Positions 8,309-17,318 of a stretch of 64,000 nucleotides of DNA are shown here, one piece after another (positions within the stretch are counted from its first letter, which is position 1; each line of letters begins with the position of its first letter). Source of the DNA: Alphaproteobacteria bacterium (GTDB lineage Bacteria > Pseudomonadota > Alphaproteobacteria > MPNO01); assembly GCA_965117055.1 (NCBI GenBank), contig OZ220750.1, positions 3,501,440 through 3,565,439 of the forward strand. The letters run 5' to 3'. Position numbers and translations under genes: made by a program. The notes under the pieces were generated by a model. The model was not told where the DNA came from. It made no database searches and was given only the letters and a program-made list of their open reading frames with translations.

Positions 8309-9591
8309 GCGCGCGCTCGGACGGGCGCCCGGTCCGCGATCCCGGCGATGCCGATGCCGTGCGCCGGCGCCAGCTGCTGCTGTTCTCGGTCGTCGCGGCG
8401 GCGGTCCTGGTGGCGGTGGCCGCCTGGCTCGGCATGGGCGGCGGCAAGGAACGGGCGACCGAGGGCGGCATCGAGGCGGAGATCGCCGGGCCCGACGCGG
8501 CCGAGAAGGTGTGGACGCGGCGTTCCGAGGCAAGGCTCGGCGGGATCGAGACGCAGATCCGGGAACTGCGCCAGGAGGCGCGGACGCTCCGCGCCGACAA
8601 CGACCGGCTGCGCGCGAAGCTGGAGGGTGACGCCGCCAACGCGCGCGACGTCATCGACCGCCAGGCGGCGCTGATCGACGAGCTGCGGCGCGGCATGCAG
8701 CCGGCCTCCCCTTCCAGCCCCCCGTCCGGCACGGCGCCGGGTTCGGGGGACTATTTCCAGGCGCAGGGCAATGCCCCCTCGAACGGGGATCGATCGCAGC
8801 CGACCGCGATAGCGCCGGGCCGCATGATCGAAACCTTCGATCTGGAGGGATCGCCGCAATCTTCCGCCGCCGATCCCCGGACCGGTCCCGAACTGGTGGC
8901 CGATGCGGTGGCCAAGCCGGTCTCGTCCTGGCTGCCGGCGGGCGCCCATGCCGAGGCGGTGGTGCTGGCGGGCGTCGACGCCTCGGCCGGGGTCTCGTCC
9001 CAGGGCGATCCGCGCCCGGTGCTGATGCGCATAACGGGCCCCGCCTGGACCGCGGCGGAGGACGGCACGGCGATGCAGGTCGACGTCGACGGCTGCACGG
9101 TGACCGGCGCGGCCCATGGCGATCTCTCTTCCGAGAAAGTCTACGTCCGCTTCCGCACCATGACCTGCGCCGGGCCGGAGCCCGGCACCGTGATCGAGAC
9201 CGATGTCGCCGGCTTCGTCGCCGGCTCCGGCAAGACCGGGGTGCGCGGACCCGTCGTGAGCCGCGAGGGCGCGCTGGTCGAGAAGGCGTTCCTCGCCGGC
9301 GTGGTCTCCGGGCTCGGGCAGGGCGTGTCGCAGGCGTTCCAGCCCCAGGCGGTCGTGACGGGAACGGCCGCGGCCGTCGCCAACACCGGGCTCGGCGATA
9401 TCGGGCGCGCGGGCCTCGGCGCCGGCGCGTCGAGCGCGGGTCGGAAGGTCGCCGACTACATGATCCGCCGCGCCGAGCAGTACCAGCCGGTGGTCCAGCT
9501 CCAGGCCGGCACGAAGGTGACGCTGGTGTTTCTGGAAGGCGCGCGCATCGACGGCCGCGCGCCCGTCCGCACCGCGCAGAAAGGACAATGA
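8305..9591 (+). CDS. traB: TraB-like (VirB10-like) T4SS protein
   Basis: It is 428 aa with an N-terminal TM segment, a coiled-coil region (IRELRQEARTLRADNDRLRAKLEG), a Pro-rich linker and a C-terminal beta domain. Confidence 0.65.
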   Translation: MSARSDGRPVRDPGDADAVRRRQLLLFSVVAAAVLVAVAAWLGMGGGKERATEGGIEAEIAGPDAAEKVWTRRSEARLGGIETQIRELRQEARTLRADNDRLRAKLEGDAANARDVIDRQAALIDELRRGMQPASPSSPPSGTAPGSGDYFQAQGNAPSNGDRSQPTAIAPGRMIETFDLEGSPQSSAADPRTGPELVADAVAKPVSSWLPAGAHAEAVVLAGVDASAGVSSQGDPRPVLMRITGPAWTAAEDGTAMQVDVDGCTVTGAAHGDLSSEKVYVRFRTMTCAGPEPGTVIETDVAGFVAGSGKTGVRGPVVSREGALVEKAFLAGVVSGLGQGVSQAFQPQAVVTGTAAAVANTGLGDIGRAGLGAGASSAGRKVADYMIRRAEQYQPVVQLQAGTKVTLVFLEGARIDGRAPVRTAQKGQ

Positions 9592-9592
9592 A

Positions 9593-10249
9593 ATGACCCC
9601 TGCAAGCAAATCCTCGCCGTTTCGGACGGCGTTCCCCCCTGCGGTCATTGCGGCACTCCTGCTCGCCGGCTGTTCGTCGGGCAACATCGGCGAGTCCTGG
9701 CAGTGCCCGCTGGCCGCGGGCGGGTCGTGCGACAGCGTCGCCGCGGCCGATCCGGCGGTGCCGGACCCGAAGGCGGCGGGAACGGCGGTCCTCGCGGAGC
9801 CGCTCTGGCGGGTGCGCGACACCGGTTCGGCGTTGCCGGCGGAGACGGCCCCGGCTCGGGGACCGGGACGAGCCTGCGCGGCGGAATGCGATGGCAGCTT
9901 CGATCCCTTCGGCTGGCTGACGCGGCTGTTCGGGACCGACGCGCATGACGGCGAGGCGCGACCGGCCGGGGAGCCGGCACAGACGCCTTCCGCGACGGAC
10001 ATGCGGCTTTCGGACCCGGTGCCGGGCGAGGAAGCCGATGCGTCCGACGAACCGACCGACCCCCTTCCGGCCGAACCCGGCCCGTCGCACGCCGGCCCGG
10101 CGCCGGACGACCCGGCGGCCGACGATCTGCGCACCGGCGAGGTGGTGGCGCGGATCTGGATCGCGCCCTTCGTCGATGCCGACGGGGTCTACCGCGAGGC
10201 GAGCCACGTCCGGGTCGTGCTGGAGCCGGCCGGCTGGAGGCTGAAGTGA
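9593..10249 (+). CDS. traV: TraV-like outer-membrane lipoprotein
   Basis: It has the lipobox LLLAGC, a Cys-containing N-terminus, and sits immediately upstream of traC. Confidence 0.6.
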   Translation: MTPASKSSPFRTAFPPAVIAALLLAGCSSGNIGESWQCPLAAGGSCDSVAAADPAVPDPKAAGTAVLAEPLWRVRDTGSALPAETAPARGPGRACAAECDGSFDPFGWLTRLFGTDAHDGEARPAGEPAQTPSATDMRLSDPVPGEEADASDEPTDPLPAEPGPSHAGPAPDDPAADDLRTGEVVARIWIAPFVDADGVYREASHVRVVLEPAGWRLK

Positions 10250-12798
10250 TCGGCCGTCTCCTCGAACTCTTCGAGGGTCCGGAGGCGCCCGGTCCCTGGA
10301 CGCCGCCCGCGATGCCGGCCGCGCTCCACGCCCTGCTGCCCTGGCGCGCCTTCGACGAATCGAGCGAGCTCTACGTCAACGCCGGGAGCGCCGGGTTCGT
10401 CGTCGAGCTGCCGCCCTTCGCGGGGATCGACACCGAGACCCTGGGCGCGCTGGCGGGAACGCTGGCCGACGCCGCGCCGGAGCGCTGCACGATCCAGATG
10501 GTCCACTGGGCAAGCCCCCGCTTCGGCGCGGCCAGTCGCGCCTGGGCCGAACCGCGCAGGGAGGCCGGCGGCGCATTGGCCCGGATGGGTTCGCGGCGGC
10601 GGGACCTGCTTGAGCCGGGCGGCTGGCGACGGCTGCATGCGGGCGGCCCGCCGTTCACCCTCTCGGACTATCGGGTGTTCGTCACCGCCTGCCTGGCGGG
10701 CGGGACGGCGCGCTCCGCCACGCCGGGGCCGGCGGCGGAGACCGCTCTCGGCGCCTTCCGCCGGGCATTGGAGGGCACGCTGGCCTCGGCGGGCGCACGG
10801 ACCCGGCGGCTGGAGCCCGACGCGCTTCTGTCGCTCGCGGCGGAGCTGGTCGCGCCGGATATCGCAGGGATCCGCGACGGCGGGACCGAACGCCCGCCGC
10901 GGCGCTGGGCGCCGCGCGATCCCCTGCACGAGCAGTGCATCGCGCCGGGCCGGGCGCTCTCGGTCCATCCCACCGGCCTCACCTTCCACCACCCCGACGG
11001 CGACGACATCGCAGTTCGCGTGCTCTCCGCCATTACCTTCCCCGAGGTCTGGCCGGGCTGGCGCGGCAACGCGCTGATCGGCGACTTCCACCGCGACTTC
11101 CTCCAGCCCGGCTGCCCGGTGCTGACCTGCCTCACCGTCGTCACCGGCGACGAGGCCGCGGGCGAGAAGGCGTTCCTCAAATCCGCCCGTGCCACCCAGC
11201 AGGCGGGCACCGGCATTGCGAAATATCTCCCGGGCCTGCCCGAGAAGGCGCGGGACTGGCAGGCGGTCACCGACCGGATCAAAGACGGCGAGAAGCTGGT
11301 CCGCGCCTGCTACATGGCCGCCGTCTACGCCCCGCTGGATGCGCTCGACGAGGCCGAACAGGCGGTGCGCGCGATCTACCACGGCCAGGGCTGGCGGGTG
11401 AACGCCGAGCGCTACGTCCAGCTCCCCTCCTGGCTCACCTGCCTGCCTATGGCGTCCGCCGGGGGTCTCGACTCCGATCTCGAACGCATGGGGCGAATGA
11501 AGACCCTGCTGACGTCGAGCGCCGTCAATCTCGCGCCGCTCCATGGCGAATGGCGCGGCCAGCCGGCGAATCCCGACAACCCGCCCGCCCTGTTCCTGAT
11601 CGGCCGCCGCGGCCAGCCGGCCTGCTGGTCGCCCTTCGCCAACGAGGCCGGCAACTACAACGTGGCGGTCACCGGCAAGTCGGGCTCGGGCAAGTCGGTG
11701 CTGATGCAGGAGCTGGTGACCGGGCTGATCGGCGCCGGCGGCGAGGCGGTGGTGATCGACGACGGGCGCTCCTTCCAGCACACGGCGGAAGCCCTCGAAG
11801 GGGCCTTCATCGCCTTCGGCAAGGACCCGGCCTGCCTCAACCCCTTCGCCATGATCGACGCCGGGACGGCCGAGCATGACGGCGATTACCGCGAGGAGTG
11901 CTTCGCCATGCTCGCGGGCGTCATCGGGCGGATGGCCCGGCGGCGGGGAAGCATCGACGACATCGAGGCGGCGCTGATCGCGGAAGCCATCGCGGCGGCC
12001 TGGGACGAGGCCGGCAACGATGCCGATCTCGGGACGGTGCGGGGCCATCTCGCGAAACGCGACGACCGCCGCGCCGCCGACATGGCGACTTCCCTCGGCC
12101 CGTGGTGCCCCGACGGCGCCATGGGCCGGCTCTTCGCCGGCTCGAACGTCCCCGACCTGGAGAACGCGCTCACGGTGTTCGAGCTTGCCGAGCTCAAGGG
12201 CCGGGGCGACGTCCAGGCGGTGGTGCTGATGCTGGTCGTCTTCCTCGCCACCCAGCGCATGTATCACGGCCCCCGTACCCGTGCGAAGGCGATCGTCATC
12301 GACGAGGCCTGGGACCTGCTCTCGGGCGAGGACAGCCGCGCCTTCCTCGAAGGCGCCGCAAGGCGGGCGCGCAAATACCGCGGCGCGCTGGTCACCGGCA
12401 CGCAGTCGGTCAACGACTACTACGCCAACCCGGCCGCGCGGGCGGCCTGGGAGAACTCGGACTGGGTGATCTTCCTGGCCCAGAAGGACGAGTCGGTCGA
12501 GCTGCTCAAGTCCGAGAAGCGCATCCACTGCGACCCGGGCATGGAGCGGGCGCTCAAGAGCCTCACCACGGCCGACGGGCGCTATGCGGAGCTGGTGCTC
12601 CACGGCCCCGACGGCTGGCGGGTGGCGCGGCTCGTGCTCGACGCTTGGTCGGTGGCGCTGTTTTCGTCGCGCGGCCCGGCCTTCGCGGCGGTCGAAACCC
12701 TGAAGGCCGAGGGCCTGACCACGGTCGAGGCCATCGACCGGCTCGCCGGTGCCGCTACCGGCCATTCCGAACGGACAGAAACGGAGGAAACCGCATGA
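10246..12798 (+). CDS. traC: TraC/VirB4-family conjugative transfer ATPase
   Basis: It is 850 aa (F TraC is 875 aa) with a Walker A motif (VAVTGKSGSGKS) and a Walker B-like motif (VIDEAWDLL). Confidence 0.9.
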   Translation: MIGRLLELFEGPEAPGPWTPPAMPAALHALLPWRAFDESSELYVNAGSAGFVVELPPFAGIDTETLGALAGTLADAAPERCTIQMVHWASPRFGAASRAWAEPRREAGGALARMGSRRRDLLEPGGWRRLHAGGPPFTLSDYRVFVTACLAGGTARSATPGPAAETALGAFRRALEGTLASAGARTRRLEPDALLSLAAELVAPDIAGIRDGGTERPPRRWAPRDPLHEQCIAPGRALSVHPTGLTFHHPDGDDIAVRVLSAITFPEVWPGWRGNALIGDFHRDFLQPGCPVLTCLTVVTGDEAAGEKAFLKSARATQQAGTGIAKYLPGLPEKARDWQAVTDRIKDGEKLVRACYMAAVYAPLDALDEAEQAVRAIYHGQGWRVNAERYVQLPSWLTCLPMASAGGLDSDLERMGRMKTLLTSSAVNLAPLHGEWRGQPANPDNPPALFLIGRRGQPACWSPFANEAGNYNVAVTGKSGSGKSVLMQELVTGLIGAGGEAVVIDDGRSFQHTAEALEGAFIAFGKDPACLNPFAMIDAGTAEHDGDYREECFAMLAGVIGRMARRRGSIDDIEAALIAEAIAAAWDEAGNDADLGTVRGHLAKRDDRRAADMATSLGPWCPDGAMGRLFAGSNVPDLENALTVFELAELKGRGDVQAVVLMLVVFLATQRMYHGPRTRAKAIVIDEAWDLLSGEDSRAFLEGAARRARKYRGALVTGTQSVNDYYANPAARAAWENSDWVIFLAQKDESVELLKSEKRIHCDPGMERALKSLTTADGRYAELVLHGPDGWRVARLVLDAWSVALFSSRGPAFAAVETLKAEGLTTVEAIDRLAGAATGHSERTETEETA

Positions 12799-13451
12799 CT
12801 GTAAGGGCGCGGGATGCGCGCCGGCGCGCCGGGAATACCGACAGGCCGCTCAATTGGCCGGACGACCCGGAGAACGTCACGGTCGCCGATATCGACTTCG
12901 AGGCGCTGGCCCATGTGCTCGCCAACACCTGCCGCAGGGGCGGCTGCTGCCGGAACTACCACTCGGTTGCGGCCCATGCGGTGATCGTGTCGGAGGAAAT
13001 CGAGGCGCTCGACGGGCTCGGGGACGAGGACCGCCGGACGCTCGCGCTGCACGCGTTGCTCGCCGATGCGCCTTCAGCCTGGCTTCGGGGACGGCTGCCG
13101 GACTCGCAGCGCGCGGCGGATCGCGCCGGAAAGCTCGCCACCGGGATCGAGACCGCGGTGCGCCACGCTGCGGGGCTCGATGCCGTGCTGGAGGAAGAAC
13201 CGGCGGAACTCTTGCGGTTCGTGACGCGGATGGCGGCGGCGGCCGAGCGCCGGGACATCGTGGACGATGCCCCCGCGAGCGCCGGCGTCGCCTTCCCGCC
13301 GCTGAAGCGGCGCATCCGCTCGATCCCGCCGGACAAGGCGGCCGAGGGCTGGCTCGCCCGCTTCCGGGCGCTCGCCGGACCGGACGAAGAGCGGCAACGG
13401 CGCATCGTGGCGGTTGCCCGACCGGACGAATCGGATGCCGGCGAAGGCTGA
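12795..13451 (+). CDS. Hypothetical cytoplasmic protein with a possible degenerate HD-like fold
   Basis: It is 218 aa and overlaps its neighbours (ATGA). Motifs NYHSVAAHAVIV and LHALLADAPSAW are weakly reminiscent of YfbR-like HD hydrolases. Confidence 0.45.
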   Translation: MTVRARDARRRAGNTDRPLNWPDDPENVTVADIDFEALAHVLANTCRRGGCCRNYHSVAAHAVIVSEEIEALDGLGDEDRRTLALHALLADAPSAWLRGRLPDSQRAADRAGKLATGIETAVRHAAGLDAVLEEEPAELLRFVTRMAAAAERRDIVDDAPASAGVAFPPLKRRIRSIPPDKAAEGWLARFRALAGPDEERQRRIVAVARPDESDAGEG

Positions 13452-13452
13452 C

Positions 13453-13842
13453 ATGCACCGGAACGGGTCGAACTGGCCGGTCATGGTCTCCGCCGTGCTG
13501 CTCTCGGGCGCGGTAGCGGCTGCGGTCGCGGCCGCGACGCTCCGATACGGTATGGAAGAGCCGCCGCGCATCGCCGGCGTCCGGCTTGCCGAGATCACGG
13601 CGGCTTACACGACGCGCGCCGCGAGCGAAGGCAAGAGCGCGGAGGACGTTCGCGCCTGGGGCGCGGCGCTCGAAGCCACGCTCGGCAGCGTGGCGCGGCG
13701 CCACGGGGTCGTTCTGCTGCCCACGCGCGCGGTGGCCGCCGGGGCTCCGGACATGACGCGGCAGGTCGAGGCGGCGCTCGCCGGATTCCTCGCGCGGAGA
13801 ACGGGCGGGAGCGCCGGAGCCGGGCCGGGAGACGGGCGGTGA
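13453..13842 (+). CDS. Small membrane-anchored protein (TrbI-like in position and size)
   Basis: It is 129 aa with an N-terminal TM segment (WPVMVSAVLLSGAVAAAVAAA) and lies between traC and traW as trbI does in F. Confidence 0.45.
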   Translation: MHRNGSNWPVMVSAVLLSGAVAAAVAAATLRYGMEEPPRIAGVRLAEITAAYTTRAASEGKSAEDVRAWGAALEATLGSVARRHGVVLLPTRAVAAGAPDMTRQVEAALAGFLARRTGGSAGAGPGDGR

Positions 13843-14504
13843 CGGCGCCGCGCCCGATATTCAATCTGCGGACCTCACGCCCGCGCCGCCGGCATGTCGG
13901 TCTCGTCGTCATGGTCCTGCTGGCGGCGCTCTGGCTAGGCGCGGCCTCGCGCGTGCATGTCAATGCGAGCTGGTCCGACGGCGCCTGGGGCTATGCCGCC
14001 TTCCCGCTGTTCGGCGAGGACCCGCAGATCGGCGACCGGGTGCTGTTCGAGCCGCCGGCCTCTCTGGAATCTCCGGTGCCGTACCTCAAGACCGTGCGCG
14101 GCGTGCCGGGCATGGCCGTCGCGGTCGGGAAAGACGGGACGGTCCGGGTGGACGGCGAGCCGGTCGGCCGCGCCAAGACGCACGCGCTGGACGGCCGGCC
14201 CCTTCAGGCGATAGCGCCCGGGATCATCCCGCCGGACCGCTACTACCTGCACGCCGATCACGCCGACAGCCACGACAGCCGCTATGCCGAGATCGGCCTC
14301 GTGCCTCGCGAGCGAATCCTGGGGCGCGCCATCGTCATGCCGGACATTCCCTGGCTCGGCCTGAAGGGTCCGCTGGTCGGACAGGAGGATGCCGGCGACC
14401 GCGAGAGCACCGCCACGATCCTGCCGCATCCCCAGGACGGACCGCCCCCGGCTCGGGAAGAAGACGACGCGCTGTCCGGTCCGCCGATGCGAGGCAGGCA
14501 ATGA
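13839..14504 (+). CDS. traF: S26-family signal peptidase (conjugative TraF/LepB-like pilin-processing peptidase)
   Basis: It is 221 aa with an N-terminal TM segment and S26-type motifs (GDRVLFEPP ... DSRY). Confidence 0.7.
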   Translation: MTAPRPIFNLRTSRPRRRHVGLVVMVLLAALWLGAASRVHVNASWSDGAWGYAAFPLFGEDPQIGDRVLFEPPASLESPVPYLKTVRGVPGMAVAVGKDGTVRVDGEPVGRAKTHALDGRPLQAIAPGIIPPDRYYLHADHADSHDSRYAEIGLVPRERILGRAIVMPDIPWLGLKGPLVGQEDAGDRESTATILPHPQDGPPPAREEDDALSGPPMRGRQ

Positions 14505-15193
14505 CCCGGCCGTTGGTCGCAGCAGTCCTTTCCGTCGTTCTGGCGCTTGCCGCGCCAGCGTCGGCGAAGGATCTCGGCGTGCGCGGCGCGACCTGGCCGG
14601 TCGCGGAACCGGACCTGCTGGCTGAAATCGAGGCGCGGCTCGTCGAGATGGAACGGTCCGGCGCGCTGGCGCGGCTGGAGACGCAGGCCCGAGAGCGCGC
14701 CCGGATGAAGCTGGAAGAGCCGGACTCCGTGCCGGGCATAGCGCCCGCTAGGGAGGAACGCAGCCGCCTGTTCGACCCCGCCATCACGGTCGCGCGGGAC
14801 ATCCGCACCTCCGACGGTACGCTCATTGCTGCCGCCGGAACGCGCGTGAATCCGCTGGAGCGGACAAAGCTCTCGCGCGACCTGCTGTTGATCGACGGCC
14901 GGCGCAAGGCAGAGGTCGCCTGGGCGCTCGCCCATGACCGTCCCGCGAAGATCGTCCTGCTCGCCGGCCGGCCGCTCGACCTGATGGGCCGCCACCGCCG
15001 GCCCTTCTTCTTCGACATCGGCGGGCGCCTCGCTGCCCGGTTCGGGCTCAGCCGGACGCCGGCCCTGGTCGCGCAGGCCGGGGCGCAGCTCCGCATCACC
15101 GAAATCCCGGTCGAGGATCGGAAAGCTCCCGGATCGGGGCCCGGCCTGCCCCGGACTCCGATCCGGAGGACAAGCCCCGAAAAGGAGGACTGA
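14501..15193 (+). CDS. traW: TraW-like pilus assembly protein
   Basis: It is 230 aa with a signal peptide (AAVLSVVLALAAPASA), in the position before traU. F TraW is 210 aa. Confidence 0.65.
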   Translation: MTRPLVAAVLSVVLALAAPASAKDLGVRGATWPVAEPDLLAEIEARLVEMERSGALARLETQARERARMKLEEPDSVPGIAPAREERSRLFDPAITVARDIRTSDGTLIAAAGTRVNPLERTKLSRDLLLIDGRRKAEVAWALAHDRPAKIVLLAGRPLDLMGRHRRPFFFDIGGRLAARFGLSRTPALVAQAGAQLRITEIPVEDRKAPGSGPGLPRTPIRRTSPEKED

Positions 15194-15196
15194 ACC

Positions 15197-15571
15197 ATGC
15201 TGAACATGAACCGGGCGACACTGGTGGGCCATGCCGGCCGCGATCCGGAGGTCCGCGATCTGCAGAACGGCGGCAGGGCGGCGTCCTTCACGCTCGCCAC
15301 CACCGAGAAATGGAAGGACGCGGAGGGCAAGCCGGCGGAAGCCACCGAGTGGCACCGCATCGCGGTCTACGGCCCGACGGTGGACGCGGTGGAGACGATG
15401 CTGCGCAGGGGCGACCGGGTGATGGTGGAGGGCCGGATCGCGACCAGGGAATACCGGGACAAGGAGGACGTCGCCCGGACGGTCACCGAAATCGTGGTCG
15501 CGGGCCGGCAGGGGATGGTCAACGTGCTGTCGGCTCGCCGGGACGGCGGGGCGCCGGGCGCCGCGGCATGA
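15197..15571 (+). CDS. Short SSB-like (OB-fold) protein lacking the acidic C-terminal tail
   Basis: It starts RATLVGHAGRDPEVRDL...EWHRIAVYG (an SSB OB-fold signature), has an AGGAGG SD 9 nt upstream, and is translationally coupled to traU (ATGA). Confidence 0.6.
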   Translation: MLNMNRATLVGHAGRDPEVRDLQNGGRAASFTLATTEKWKDAEGKPAEATEWHRIAVYGPTVDAVETMLRRGDRVMVEGRIATREYRDKEDVARTVTEIVVAGRQGMVNVLSARRDGGAPGAAA

Positions 15572-16569
15572 AGCGCCTGCTCCTGCCCCTTGTCGCGGCG
15601 GCCGTGCTGGGGGTTGTGTTTCCCGGCACGGCATCGGCCCAGTCCTGCACCGGGCGCTTCGTCAACCCGATCTCGGACGTCTGCTGGGAGTGCCTCTTTC
15701 CCATCACCATCGGGCCGATCCGGATCGGCAGCGCGACGGGCGCGCCCGACACACCCAACCCGTCCTCGCCGATCTGCCTCTGCGGCTCGCCCATTCCCCG
15801 CATCGGCCTTTCGCTCGGAGTCTGGGAGCCGGCGCGCCTGATGGACGTGACCCGCACCCCCTGGTGCTTCCCCAACCTCGGCGGGCTCACCATCGACCCC
15901 GGCCTGCACGCCGCGCGGGGCCGCACCGGGTCCTCGGGCGGCGACGGCGCCAAGGGCTCGGTCTGGCACGCGCACTATTACATGTACCCGCTGCTCTCCT
16001 GGATCGGGGTGCTGCTCGACCTCGGCTGCCTCGAAGGCGGCGGTCTCGACATCGCCTGGACCTCGGAACTCGACCCGGCCTGGCTCGACGACGAGCTGTC
16101 GTTCCTGCTCAACCCCGAGGCCGCCCTGTTCGCGAACCTGCCCGCGCAGGCGGCCTGCGCCGCCGACTGCGCCGCGGCCTCGGCGGGGCTGCCGCTGGAT
16201 GCGATGTTCTGGTGCGCCGGCTGCCAGGGCGGGATGTATCCGCTGACCGGCAACGTCGCCGCCCATGTCGGCGGGGTCCAGGCCTCGCTGCTCGCGGCCC
16301 AGCGCCTGGTCTACCGCCTCCACCGGGCCGGGCTCGCCTGGGGCACCTCGGGATCCGCCGCACTCTGCGTGCGCTACCCGATGCCGATCATGAAGAAGAG
16401 CCAGTATCGCTGGCAGATGACGGAGCCGGTGCCGGCGACCTCGCCGATGACCGGCTGCAACCCGACCGGGCGGTCGTCCGTGCTCTGGGAGACGCTGCGC
16501 GAGCTGCCGGTCTCGGGCGAGAACTTCGGCTACCTGCTGTGGAGAAAACGCACGTGCTGCATGCTCTGA
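15568..16569 (+). CDS. traU: TraU conjugal transfer protein
   Basis: It is 333 aa with a signal peptide and is rich in Cys and Trp (CWECLFPITIGPIRIG...CLCGSPIPRIGL), typical of TraU. Confidence 0.85.
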   Translation: MKRLLLPLVAAAVLGVVFPGTASAQSCTGRFVNPISDVCWECLFPITIGPIRIGSATGAPDTPNPSSPICLCGSPIPRIGLSLGVWEPARLMDVTRTPWCFPNLGGLTIDPGLHAARGRTGSSGGDGAKGSVWHAHYYMYPLLSWIGVLLDLGCLEGGGLDIAWTSELDPAWLDDELSFLLNPEAALFANLPAQAACAADCAAASAGLPLDAMFWCAGCQGGMYPLTGNVAAHVGGVQASLLAAQRLVYRLHRAGLAWGTSGSAALCVRYPMPIMKKSQYRWQMTEPVPATSPMTGCNPTGRSSVLWETLRELPVSGENFGYLLWRKRTCCML

Positions 16570-17318
16570 ACCGGACCGGACGAGTCGTTGCCGGTTTCGC
16601 CTGCGCCTTGCTGACGGCAGGGTGTTGCGGTCCTGCCTTCGGGGATGAACGGCCGGCGGACGCCAATGCGGAAAAGCTGGTCGAGGAGGTTTTGCGCAAG
16701 GCGGGCGGGAACGACCGGGAGTCGCTCGGCGCCTGGTCCCGCTCGATCGTCGACCGCGCGCTGGAACGGGCCGGCGCGGCTGCGCGGCAGGGCGTACCCA
16801 GCAGCGCCGGCCAGTCCGCCGCCCCGCTCCCCGCCGAAACCCATGCCGGGACGTTAGGCGGATCGCACCCGCCAACGTCTGAAATCCTCATCTTCACGAG
16901 CCTCTCCGTCCCCGCCGCAAGCTGGCGGCAATGGGCGCGCGATGCCGCGACCACCGGGACGCCGCTGGTGCTGCGCGGCGTGGGCGCGGGCGGCCTGCCC
17001 GAGACGGCGAGGAGGATCGGCGAACGCCTCGGCCGCGCCAAGGCCGGGAGCCTGCCCCGGACCCGATCCGGGGTCGCCATCGACCCCCGGCTGTTCCGCC
17101 TGTTCGGCGTGACGCGCGTGCCAGCCGTGGTGGTGGTCCCCGGCGGTGTGCCGCCCTGCCGGAACCGGGGCTGCTCTGGCGACGCCGCGCCGCCGCACGA
17201 CCGGGTGACCGGGAACATCGGCCTCGCCGCCGCCCTCGAAGCGGTTGCGGAGGAAGGCGATGCGGGCGGCGCGGTCGCGAAGGCGCGTCTCGAACGCATG
17301 AATGGAGACGGGCGATGA
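16554..17318 (+). CDS. trbC: TrbC-like periplasmic protein, predicted lipoprotein
   Basis: A GTG start overlaps the traU end. Lipobox LLTAGC. 254 aa, in the position after traU. Confidence 0.6.
   Translation: MLHALNRTGRVVAGFACALLTAGCCGPAFGDERPADANAEKLVEEVLRKAGGNDRESLGAWSRSIVDRALERAGAAARQGVPSSAGQSAAPLPAETHAGTLGGSHPPTSEILIFTSLSVPAASWRQWARDAATTGTPLVLRGVGAGGLPETARRIGERLGRAKAGSLPRTRSGVAIDPRLFRLFGVTRVPAVVVVPGGVPPCRNRGCSGDAAPPHDRVTGNIGLAAALEAVAEEGDAGGAVAKARLERMNGDGR

Noticed and set aside
7858-10207. 758-aa and 518-aa minus-strand ORFs opposite traB/traV/traC
   Set aside because: They have low-complexity Arg/Gly/Pro composition and no motifs. The sense strand encodes a collinear, size-matched F-type operon.
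10189-12765. An 858-aa minus-strand ORF opposite traC
   Set aside because: It is a GC-frame artefact. The + strand carries a Walker-motif ATPase with clear family identity.
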